Virus record (IMG/VR): IMGVR_UViG_3300043184_000018
Coordinates: 1 to 39,851 of that record
Source of the DNA: a virus
Taxonomy: Duplodnaviria > Caudoviricetes
DNA length: 39,851 nt
Reading direction: 5' to 3' (one strand)
Position numbers and translations under genes: made by a program. Below, piece after piece: positions 32,483 through 39,851 of this stretch (position 1 is its first letter; every line of letters begins with the position of its first letter). Under the pieces are notes generated by a model, which saw only the letters and a program-made list of their open reading frames with translations, made no database searches and was not told the DNA's origin.

Positions 32483-34124
32483 CTGCGCCACTAGTGAGGG
32501 ACTGTAGCCCGGCAACGATGACTGCTTTAGGATCGACTCCACTTTGCTCAATTTCTCCTAGCATCGCCTTAACTTCCGCGTCGGCGTCCTTCATGATTTG
32601 TTCCGGCCTGATCGGAAGCTCCATTGCCTTCACCATCTCCGCTACCACCTTACCCACATCAACGGGTGAACCAGGGATAAGTGCAGTCTCAAGAAGCATC
32701 TTATACTTCGCAAGTTGCACCTCGGGGTTACTGTCCGCCGTACGCCCGGTAAGTTCTGGGCGGTACGTGTGGCTTGTCCAGCTTACATTGCTCAGCATAT
32801 CGTCCGGTAGCACCGCAAGGTACTGAGGCGAAATCTCCGACAGAGAGCGTTGTAGCACCTCAAGCACAAACTCGCCCGCTTGCTCGACCCCATTTGCGAC
32901 CGAATCAAGGAAGATTCCCATCCGTGCGCGGTCTGATTGCGCCACCAAGTTCGCCACCGTTGCCTTCGTTTTCGTGGGGACCATCCCGCTACTGCTGAGC
33001 GGCGACATTCCAAATAATTGGTCCAATTGTTGACCTAGCTCACCAATGAACCACTCCATTGCGTTTGGGTTAAACGGGATCGCTAGTGCGTCCATCGACT
33101 CGTTCGGGCCGAGGTGGAATATCTCACCCGGTGTCACCTTGTCCGTGGTGGAGTCGTCTGCGCCGCCGCGCTTCACTAGCACCGGGAACGCGGAGAAGTT
33201 CATCCCCATGTTCAACGTGTTCATGGTGTCGTTATAGAGGGCCATCAGTTGCTGGGCCAGCGACATCAGGGACACATTGCAAATCACGCGGTCTTCCGCG
33301 CAAAGAAGCTGGTAAGTCGAATACCAAGTGTTCTCGTAAGGGTAATCGACTGCGCGGAGCACTGTGCTCGTGTCCCGCATCAGTGTCACCAGTTGCCGCT
33401 TCCCCGCGTGGCTGGTGATTAGCTCGAAGCACTCTACCGTTTCGGATTCACGGTCCACTGGAATGGTGCGCCCGTGCGTGACATCAACCTCTCCCGGGAC
33501 GCGTGTGTGTTGCGACCGCTCCGTATGGCCCGGAATCTCCTCCTCTGGAACATCCCGGTACTGACCCGCATCAATCTTCTCCTTGATCTCGCCGACCGTT
33601 TGGGAGAAGCGGTGCCCGACCGTGCGAGCCTGCCGCAAGGACGCAACATCCGGCGGGTAAAGCATAAAGTTCCGAGGGTCAACTGACTCCGCCTCGAAAT
33701 CTACAATCTGGCCGCCCGCTTGAATCGGGACAATCCGCATCACGCCCATGTTTGCAAGCAACGCCCACATCAGCGCGAGGTTCAATTCCTTCAGGTACCG
33801 GCTCTTTTGAAGCACGCGCTGGACAAACACTTCAACCCCCGACGCGTTCAGGTTATCATCGCTCGTCCAGGGCGCAAACTGTAACACCGGACTACCCGAG
33901 CGCACCGCTACCCCAAGCTCTCCGACAAGCTTATGGGACTTGCTCGCCGCTACAGGGAACGCGTAAGCCTCAATCCCCACATCAATCGTGTTTTGGGACA
34001 CCGCGTCTGGGTCCACTGAATATAGCCGGTAGCACTGGTCCCAACGTTCAACGCAATCAGACTGGTAACTTTCCCATGCGTTAATTTCCGCAACCAGTTT
34101 CTGCCCTAGCTCGTCATAGTTCAT
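32328..34124 (-). CDS. portal protein
   Basis: 598 aa downstream of TerL; VDPRNF, TPGEIF, KATVA patterns typical of P22-like portals; GGAGG SD. Confidence 0.82.
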   Translation of the reverse strand: MNYDELGQKLVAEINAWESYQSDCVERWDQCYRLYSVDPDAVSQNTIDVGIEAYAFPVAASKSHKLVGELGVAVRSGSPVLQFAPWTSDDNLNASGVEVFVQRVLQKSRYLKELNLALMWALLANMGVMRIVPIQAGGQIVDFEAESVDPRNFMLYPPDVASLRQARTVGHRFSQTVGEIKEKIDAGQYRDVPEEEIPGHTERSQHTRVPGEVDVTHGRTIPVDRESETVECFELITSHAGKRQLVTLMRDTSTVLRAVDYPYENTWYSTYQLLCAEDRVICNVSLMSLAQQLMALYNDTMNTLNMGMNFSAFPVLVKRGGADDSTTDKVTPGEIFHLGPNESMDALAIPFNPNAMEWFIGELGQQLDQLFGMSPLSSSGMVPTKTKATVANLVAQSDRARMGIFLDSVANGVEQAGEFVLEVLQRSLSEISPQYLAVLPDDMLSNVSWTSHTYRPELTGRTADSNPEVQLAKYKMLLETALIPGSPVDVGKVVAEMVKAMELPIRPEQIMKDADAEVKAMLGEIEQSGVDPKAVIVAGLQSLTSGAGGPPGDPGIGSPAALPSGPFADPAGTGSLPLDDAAIGSPSDGSAAGGDFLD

Positions 34125-34531
34125 GTCCCCTCCACTTGCCAGAGCGCATCATCGTAAAAGTCTTTTTGAGTGTCATACACCCGCAAGATGAACCCGCGCG
34201 GGATCGCTTCAAAGTCCGAGTGGTCCATCTCCGTGCATCCGCCATTGGTCTGGCTACTGACATGAAACCTCGGCGACCCCTTAATCTCGAACACGGGCGA
34301 GAATGCAATTACGGCAGGAACAACTTTTGCGCCCTCACGGCCCGACGCCTCCGCGCGTCGTTGCACGTCTGTTGCCACCCAGATGCCCCGGTTCAAAGTA
34401 TGGTTTTCCCGCGCTTCCAGCACGACGCCAATTTTTCCTGCGCTCGTAAGCCTAGCGTGAATCTTGGTCGCTGCTTCTTCTAGCTTATTCCAAGTGTCTT
34501 TGCTAGTCGTCTCGATCAGTTTTTCTACCAT
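34121..34531 (-). CDS. hypothetical protein
   Basis: 136 aa between TerL and portal, overlapping both. Confidence 0.7.
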   Translation of the reverse strand: MVEKLIETTSKDTWNKLEEAATKIHARLTSAGKIGVVLEARENHTLNRGIWVATDVQRRAEASGREGAKVVPAVIAFSPVFEIKGSPRFHVSSQTNGGCTEMDHSDFEAIPRGFILRVYDTQKDFYDDALWQVEGT

Positions 34532-35924
34532 GCTTTCCTGCGTTCATGCGCCGAATGCGGCGTGTTTGGGTCATCATACCAGAAAGCTCCGCTAGGTGCG
34601 TGACTCCTATTACTAGCGCGTCCATCCGGTCGGGTGACTTGCGCTTTTTGTTTGTTGGGTCCCAATTACACATCTGGTCCTCGAGTTTCGTGAGTACGCT
34701 CTTGCGCCTCTTCTGACCCTCTTCGTCGATCTTCATGGTGTCCACGTGATGTACGCGCCCGCGCTCATACATGTCGGCCACGGGGCCAGCGCGAACCACC
34801 TTCCCTTTTGATGAGTGGCGGCCCGTCAATATTGCGCGTGGCATCTGCAGTGCTAGCGCGTCCCGTATCCACTCGTTCCCCGCGTTAGATTCATACACAA
34901 CCTCCGCCGCCTTGTAGCGTTCGCATAGCTCCTTCACAATATCTACTGCTTGCTTTGGCGTGTAGATACCTGAGCGGTCACCATGAACGTACACATCGTT
35001 GTCCTCACAGAGCGATAGCACGATGATCCCCGTCTCGTCACTTGTCGCGTGGCTTGTGAGTGCGGGGTCGATGGATATGATGGTCCGCACACGGTAGGGG
35101 CAGTGCTTGTCAATGCGGCGATGTTCGTCAATGATTTCCCGCTTGAAGATTGCCGTCTGTGGGGCGATCGGGCCCCAGATGCCTTCTAGCACCCGTTGCC
35201 TCATTCCGGGGCTAAGCCCGCGAAGCGTCGCTTCGTACTCCTGCGCGTCAATGTAGGGGTTGTCGTACAGTCGCGACGGGATAAATACGCGGTCGGGGTC
35301 ATCAGACTGCACGAAGTGCTCATTCACCCACGCGTAACCCGGGCCTATCGGGTTCGCCGATGCTCGTATCCGCAATGCGATGCCGCTTCGCTTGGCGTCT
35401 TGGCTCTGCCTCAGCCGGAAAATTATAAGCTCGTAGACTTCGTGGCTGAAGTTACAGATTTCGTCAATGCCGATGTACGTGTAAGTGGCACCCTGGTAGC
35501 GTCTTGCGTCCTTTGCGTTCGAGCAGAACCCAAACTGTAGACGTCCGCCGCCCTTGAAGTAGTACGTTTTGAGGTCCGAATCATAGCGCACCTCTTTCGT
35601 TTGCACAAACGGCGCGAGCCACTGGTGGGCGAGGTCTAGAATCCCGCCCGCTTCTTCAAGTTCCGCGTACGTTTCACGAAGGATTAGCCCCGAGAAGTAC
35701 GGGTTGTCAACCTCCCGCAATGCGTCCATCAGCAGGCACACGGTCTTGCCGCCGCCGCCCGCGCCGCCAAATAGTGCCTCCCTTGCTTTGCATTCGAGAA
35801 ACTCCTTCTGTTTCCCGTGCGGCACCCACGGAATATAGCGGTTCAGGCCGCTGCTGCCCGCGTTACGGACTTCGCGCACGACACGTTCAAGCTGGTTACT
35901 GACGCTAAGTTTCGGTTTCGTCAC
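34503..35924 (-). CDS. terL: terminase large subunit
   Basis: Walker A GGAGGGKT, Walker B IGIDE, SANP, RNase H-like IDPA..DETG, YESN, PDRMDA. Confidence 0.95.
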   Translation of the reverse strand: MTKPKLSVSNQLERVVREVRNAGSSGLNRYIPWVPHGKQKEFLECKAREALFGGAGGGGKTVCLLMDALREVDNPYFSGLILRETYAELEEAGGILDLAHQWLAPFVQTKEVRYDSDLKTYYFKGGGRLQFGFCSNAKDARRYQGATYTYIGIDEICNFSHEVYELIIFRLRQSQDAKRSGIALRIRASANPIGPGYAWVNEHFVQSDDPDRVFIPSRLYDNPYIDAQEYEATLRGLSPGMRQRVLEGIWGPIAPQTAIFKREIIDEHRRIDKHCPYRVRTIISIDPALTSHATSDETGIIVLSLCEDNDVYVHGDRSGIYTPKQAVDIVKELCERYKAAEVVYESNAGNEWIRDALALQMPRAILTGRHSSKGKVVRAGPVADMYERGRVHHVDTMKIDEEGQKRRKSVLTKLEDQMCNWDPTNKKRKSPDRMDALVIGVTHLAELSGMMTQTRRIRRMNAGKHGRKTDRDD

Positions 35925-36349
35925 GCGGTCTCGGAATCAAAGTCGCTCTGGATACGGTTCGTCACGGCGGTCTTTACCCTGTCCATGATCGTTTCGCCAT
36001 CAATGCCCATGTCCTTTACGGCGTCCCAGAGCTCTTCGAAGAACACCCTTGCGAACTCGAGGTTGTCCACCGCTACGGTTGTCACGTTCCCAACGCTATG
36101 GGTCAGGACGATCTTTGCCGCTTCAAGCCGGTCGCGCGTCTTTTCACTGTCGTCACTAAGAACACCGTCCAGCATCTCCACGGCTTTGCTGTTGGCTAGC
36201 TCCATCATGCGCCGCCGAATCTCGTTCGGGAGGGTCGCTGCGGTCGCAAGCTTCTCGGGGCCGACCAGCCGGACGATCTTTCCCCCTTCGATTTTTGCTC
36301 CGGGTTCCCCGAATGCGTTCAGCGCGTCTGGGTCAAGCGGTCGCGACAC
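35921..36349 (-). CDS. putative terminase small subunit
   Basis: 142 aa helical, RLEAAKIVL motif, coupled directly upstream of TerL. Confidence 0.6.
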   Translation of the reverse strand: MSRPLDPDALNAFGEPGAKIEGGKIVRLVGPEKLATAATLPNEIRRRMMELANSKAVEMLDGVLSDDSEKTRDRLEAAKIVLTHSVGNVTTVAVDNLEFARVFFEELWDAVKDMGIDGETIMDRVKTAVTNRIQSDFDSETA

Positions 36350-36689
36350 TGTTCAGCATCTCCCTTAACTCCTCTTGTGTCACCACTGCTGGCATGTAGG
36401 CAATTGCGCCAATCGTTTCGTGCCACTCTACAAAGTCCTTTCGCGCTTCCCCCTTGAAGTGCTTGTACATCTCCTTCACCATTGGCGCGTACGGACCGTA
36501 GTACTCTTCGGTGAAATCATGGTTGTTTGCTACGTCGCGCAGAACCTCCCTCAGGAAGTTCTGCAGCGCAATTGATGGGCTTGTTCGGCGCAGGGCGCAT
36601 TCAAACGCTACGACGGCAGAGCGGAAGTTATCGTCGCCAGGGTCTTCCGCCGCGTCCACTAATTTTGCGATTGAAACGCCTTGTGCCAT
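36333..36689 (-). CDS. hypothetical protein
   Basis: 118 aa, GAGGA SD, TAATG overlap. Confidence 0.7.
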   Translation of the reverse strand: MAQGVSIAKLVDAAEDPGDDNFRSAVVAFECALRRTSPSIALQNFLREVLRDVANNHDFTEEYYGPYAPMVKEMYKHFKGEARKDFVEWHETIGAIAYMPAVVTQEELREMLNSVATA

Positions 36690-36877
36690 TACCGTTCCTC
36701 GAGCACGAAGTCCACGCTCGGAAACACTTGCCGGATCACTTGCAACGCTTCCACGGCGCGGTCAAACTCTGCTCGGGTGATCTTGGTCACAATGATTGCC
36801 GCGTTAGGCAGAAATCCGCGTCTACGGATACCGACCCTTACGGACACGAGCTTACTGTTTGAGTTCATCCAGTTCAT
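36689..36877 (-). CDS. hypothetical protein
   Basis: 62 aa, overlapping its neighbours. Confidence 0.6.
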   Translation of the reverse strand: MNWMNSNSKLVSVRVGIRRRGFLPNAAIIVTKITRAEFDRAVEALQVIRQVFPSVDFVLEER

Positions 36878-37079
36878 CCCCTTCCTCGGTAAGCGTCATC
36901 ACGTTTTCGTCGTCCATTGAAACGCCAAAGAGTGATGCGGATTGCTCGGTTGTCGTCGCGTTTTCGATCGCGGTAAGAAACCACTGGGACGGTTCGCGGA
37001 ACGTCGCCGATGCTCGTATGTGGTGGCCTTGGTAGATGCGCACCTGTATGGTGACATCTGGCTTATTGGTTGGTTTCAT
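36852..37079 (-). CDS. hypothetical protein
   Basis: ATG 37079 in ATGA overlap; 75 aa. Confidence 0.6.
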   Translation of the reverse strand: MKPTNKPDVTIQVRIYQGHHIRASATFREPSQWFLTAIENATTTEQSASLFGVSMDDENVMTLTEEGDELDELKQ

Positions 37080-37288
37080 TTTCGTTCTTTGATGTAGATT
37101 GCGATAAGGTCGTACGCGGATCCTAGGCCGAAGCCCACAAACCACGTGATAGCGTCAACCGCTTCTTGTGACATTCCTGACAGCTCAAAGTTGAGTGCAC
37201 GGGCAATGAGCATTACGAGCAGGGAGGACAGGATCGCGGTTCTCCGCGAAACTTCCTTGTCGAATGTGTCTGGCCTAGGGTCGTTCAT
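37076..37288 (-). CDS. holin-like two-TM membrane protein
   Basis: 70 aa, two hydrophobic segments, basic C-terminus IKERK. Confidence 0.55.
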   Translation of the reverse strand: MNDPRPDTFDKEVSRRTAILSSLLVMLIARALNFELSGMSQEAVDAITWFVGFGLGSAYDLIAIYIKERK

Positions 37289-37731
37289 GGGTTTTCCTTT
37301 TCAGAGTGTAGCCCACGCGGTGATTGTTTGGGGCGGATTCCTTGCGCTTCTCGGTGACGTCTCCGGTATTCCTCGGGGGTCACATGTTTCGCTTCATCAA
37401 ACTGGTCTTGCCTGATAAGGTACTGGTTTCCGCTTTGCATATCCACGACGTCAATGAGTTTGCTTACGTAGTTAGCCCAAACTTTGGCTTGAACGAGCTC
37501 GCGAATGCTGAGGATTTCCTGCCTCACTTGTCCGGCACGGGGGAAGAAGTCGCTTCGCGCCACCAGCCGCCGAAACGCTTCGATCGCTTCAACGGTATTG
37601 GCCTCAATGTCCGCGAGCGCAAAATTCCATTCACCGATAATCGCTTTACGGTGTTGCTCGCCGGGAAACCCTTGTTTAATCGCAAGCATTGGCATCGCCA
37701 TCTCGATGACGTCAGTGAAATCCGTTTGCAT
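37285..37731 (-). CDS. putative helicase loader/replication accessory protein
   Basis: W..AL.D...EA...L....FFP....R pattern recalled for G39P/lambda P-like loaders; follows the initiator. Confidence 0.6.
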   Translation of the reverse strand: MQTDFTDVIEMAMPMLAIKQGFPGEQHRKAIIGEWNFALADIEANTVEAIEAFRRLVARSDFFPRAGQVRQEILSIRELVQAKVWANYVSKLIDVVDMQSGNQYLIRQDQFDEAKHVTPEEYRRRHREAQGIRPKQSPRGLHSEKENP

Positions 37732-37740
37732 AGCGTGACG

Positions 37741-38589
37741 TTACCTGATGCCGAACATTTCCTGTTGGCGTTTCTTCCACTCCTCTACCGAAATCCCGAG
37801 CCGCTCAGCCGATTCCTTGATGGTTGTCTCAGGATCAATTGCCCTTCCGTTTCGGTCGAGTGCCCCGCTTTCAGGTTTATCGTTCATCCTGCCAACCCAC
37901 GTAAGCACCGCCCCTTTCCATGATTTGATAGGTTTCTTCCCGTCTCTGCCTTGGGTCCATCCGTTGGCGATGTAGTACCCAAGAAACCGCTGTGCACATG
38001 CATTTGCATTCGGCACCCCTTTCTCCCTGAACTCCGCTTCAACCTCCTCGATGCTTGGTGGATTCTCTTTCAAATCAGGCTCTTTCACGCCAGTTTTTGG
38101 GTTCGCGCGTTGCGCGATGCCCAAAAGAGAAGATTTATCTTCTCTTTTCTTTGTTTCTTTTTCTGTTGCTGTGTCTGTTTCTGTTGCTGTTGCTGTGTAT
38201 GCATTTGCATCATCACTTTTAGCCTTTCGTTTGGTTCGCTTTTGGGCTGGCTCAGGTTCATTGTCCCACCGTTTGCGGGCGGCGGCGGCGCGTTTCTTGC
38301 TGACTTCGAGTGCTTCGTTGTATGCATTTGCATACAGTGGGTTTTCGCGTCCACCGCTAACGATGGGGAACAGGGGTTCCAGTTCGTTCCAGACGGCGAG
38401 AAATTCTTCTTCGGTGGTTCTCAGGATGCGGGCGAGCATCTGTGGGCATTCCGGGAGCGGTTTTCCGCTATGGAACTGGAGGGACACGAGTTCATAGAAC
38501 ATCCCTCTTGCGGCCCACGAAAGGGCGTTGTACATAGGGTCAACGAAATGCTCCTTGTATTGGAGCTTCAGCCAGTGGTATCTCGGCAT
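37741..38589 (-). CDS. phage replication initiator/replisome organiser (DUF1376-like N-terminus)
   Basis: LSWAARGMFYEL, AARKRW, low-complexity linker, PPSIEEV...FLGYYIANGW...WKGAVLTW. Confidence 0.82.
   Translation of the reverse strand: MPRYHWLKLQYKEHFVDPMYNALSWAARGMFYELVSLQFHSGKPLPECPQMLARILRTTEEEFLAVWNELEPLFPIVSGGRENPLYANAYNEALEVSKKRAAAARKRWDNEPEPAQKRTKRKAKSDDANAYTATATETDTATEKETKKREDKSSLLGIAQRANPKTGVKEPDLKENPPSIEEVEAEFREKGVPNANACAQRFLGYYIANGWTQGRDGKKPIKSWKGAVLTWVGRMNDKPESGALDRNGRAIDPETTIKESAERLGISVEEWKKRQQEMFGIR
37998..38333. promoter_or_regulatory. candidate replication origin: three ATGCATTTGCAT iterons plus an AT-rich segment
   Basis: Exact 12-mer at 37998, 38199 and 38322; A/T-rich 38130-38230; inside the initiator gene. 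Confidence 0.55.
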
Positions 38590-38605
38590 GGTCTGCCGAT
38601 GGTAC

Positions 38606-38845
38606 CTACTTCTGGCGGATGGCTTGATCGATCTTGGTTTCGATGCGGGCGAGGCGGTCAATCACGGAATCGGAGAATGCCTTTGTTTTGATTTGTTCGG
38701 TTTTAAGGAGATCGATTTCGTGTTCAATCTTCCCCCACGCGGTCGCTACGATGACAATTGGCACCACGATGGCGGTCAGGACGGCCAGCGCAATTTGCAA
38801 TTGGTTCACGTTCACTGTCAGGTTTTGGTTCGTGTGTTGCGCCAT
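38606..38845 (-). CDS. single-TM plus coiled-coil membrane protein (holin-like)
   Basis: IALAVLTAIVVPIVIVATAWG followed by ...LARIETKID. Confidence 0.7.
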   Translation of the reverse strand: MAQHTNQNLTVNVNQLQIALAVLTAIVVPIVIVATAWGKIEHEIDLLKTEQIKTKAFSDSVIDRLARIETKIDQAIRQK

Positions 38846-39027
38846 CTTCGTATAGCCGGAGCCCTCTTTTGTAGTATACGAGACGTTTCATCTTGAGTGT
38901 AATAGCCTTGACGGCTCGGTCTTCTGCTTCCATGTCTCACCTTACCGTTCTTGCTCAAATTGGCGCAATTTCTGCTCGTTGGCTGTTTATGCTGGGTTTC
39001 TTGGTCTTGGGTTGGGTTTAATGGGGC

Positions 39028-39135
39028 ATGGACATTTCTAAGCCGCCTGCGTTTTGGCGCAAGAAGGCAGACGTTGCGGAATGGGTGGAAATGACGATTT
39101 CCCTTGATCGGTTTAGGGTTTGGTGTGCGGAATGA
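39028..39135 (+). CDS. 35 aa microprotein
   Basis: MDISKPPAFWRKKADVAEWVEMTISLDRFRVWCAE; ATGA-coupled to the next ORF. Confidence 0.4.
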   Translation: MDISKPPAFWRKKADVAEWVEMTISLDRFRVWCAE

Positions 39136-39347
39136 CGTTGCATGTACGCGGCGTCATCGTTAGTTCCGCGCTGTACGCGGAGAATCCTTCCTATGTCCTT
39201 GTTGGCGAGTCTGGTTTTCACTGGATTGAGGGTCAGGACGCGGTGTGCCATGATGGTGACGAGGTTAATGCGGTCCTTGTGCGTTCGAGCGAGGATGACA
39301 TTGATTTGGCTCCCTGGCGGATTTTAGAGTTGGCGGTGGCCAAGTGA
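39132..39347 (+). CDS. hypothetical protein
   Basis: 71 aa; ATGA/GTGA overlaps on both sides. Confidence 0.55.
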   Translation: MTLHVRGVIVSSALYAENPSYVLVGESGFHWIEGQDAVCHDGDEVNAVLVRSSEDDIDLAPWRILELAVAK

Positions 39348-39433
39348 TCTTGTGGTTGCCGCTTATGTTCATGGTGGTTTACCTGCTATTTTTATTGAAG
39401 GCGGTTTTGGGTGACGAGGACTTTTATGACTAG
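39344..39433 (+). CDS. 29 aa single-TM microprotein MILWLPLMFMVVYLLFLLKAVLGDEDFYD
   Basis: GTGA overlap; strongly hydrophobic with an acidic tail. Confidence 0.45.
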   Translation: MILWLPLMFMVVYLLFLLKAVLGDEDFYD

Positions 39434-39533
39434 CTGGTTGTATGAGGTTGCGTAGGGTTATTTCGGTGTGGCGACCGGAAACTTCGAGTTCTTGTTTGGA
39501 CTAGGCACCCGTGCGTTGGCGGTGATTAGGTCA

Positions 39534-39542
39534 TGGTATACT
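39534..39542 (+). promoter_or_regulatory. extended -10 promoter
   Basis: TGGTATACT; predicted start G39549 coincides with the first paired base of the structured RNA. Confidence 0.55.
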
Positions 39543-39548
39543 TTGCTT

Positions 39549-39830
39549 GACGACATCTGCGGGCCAGCCTCCGCTCGCTAGCACAAATCGAAAGGGGTAG
39601 GACTCACCCTAAGAGAGTTCACGCTATGGGCCTCCGGTGCGATTCCGGGCAGGGAGCATCGGCGAGAGGGTTACCAGTGATGGTAGCCAGCTGCAAAGGG
39701 GCGCAGATGGGGCTACGGTCCGTTTCGTCATCGGGCTAGGTTCTGGGACATGGCGCATGTAAGTGAAGACCGGGGAATAGGGATGCATGCGTGACCGACC
39801 AGAGGAAACCAACGGGAACATCGGTCAAGC
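39549..39830 (+). ncRNA. candidate large structured ncRNA, family unassigned
   Basis: Nested stems GACGA/UCGUC, CAUCUGCG/CGCAGAUG, CUCGC/GCGAG; GUGA and cUACGg tetraloop hairpins; T-arm-like hairpin; two more 3' stems; no + strand ORF in the track. Confidence 0.6.
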
Positions 39831-39851
39831 GTAGGTTAACCAATGCCTGAA

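Noticed and set aside
37951-38691. 246 aa + strand Cys/Phe-rich ORF
   Set aside because: Antisense shadow of the T/E/K-rich linker of the replication initiator.
38724-38933. 69 aa - strand ORF with an AAGGTGAG SD
   Set aside because: Plausible start, but it overlaps the better-supported membrane gene by 122 bp and has no recognisable features; left uncalled.
39309-39658. tmRNA or split tRNA from GCTCCCTG (39309-16) pairing with CAGGGAGC (39650-57) after the T-arm
   Set aside because: No G3-U70 pair, CCA, D-loop consensus or tag peptide; the 5' half lies inside an ORF and upstream of the predicted promoter. The 8-bp match may be chance; ARAGORN or tRNAscan-SE would settle it.
1-39851. Integrase, att site or terminal repeats
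   Set aside because: No recombinase motifs found and the two ends share no visible repeat, so lifestyle and completeness cannot be determined from the sequence alone.

Overview
The window looks like a complete or near-complete ~40 kb tailed dsDNA phage genome, probably podovirus-like; no terminal repeat, integrase or DNA polymerase is recognisable. The + strand arm (221-13307) holds early and replication genes: a Rad52/Sak-like annealase, SSB, an inverted RusA, an amidase, a DNA adenine methyltransferase, a metallophosphoesterase and DnaB. The - strand arm (38845-13363) holds a replication initiator, terminase, portal, scaffold, a Mu gpT-like capsid, adaptor/nozzle, large internal virion proteins and a tail fibre. 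The most notable content is RNA-level. (1) Three intergenic cassettes of tetraloop hairpin plus type-P1 twister ribozyme: two are intact and covarying, with the downstream Shine-Dalgarno inside the ribozyme P1 stem, and one is decayed. (2) A promoter-driven ~70 nt GU-rich sRNA candidate complementary to the CACACCA(UG) start regions of several + strand genes. (3) A ~280 nt multi-stem ncRNA candidate at the right end. A mosaic segmental duplication brackets the recombination genes. All protein calls come from motif recognition and gene order, not from database searches.
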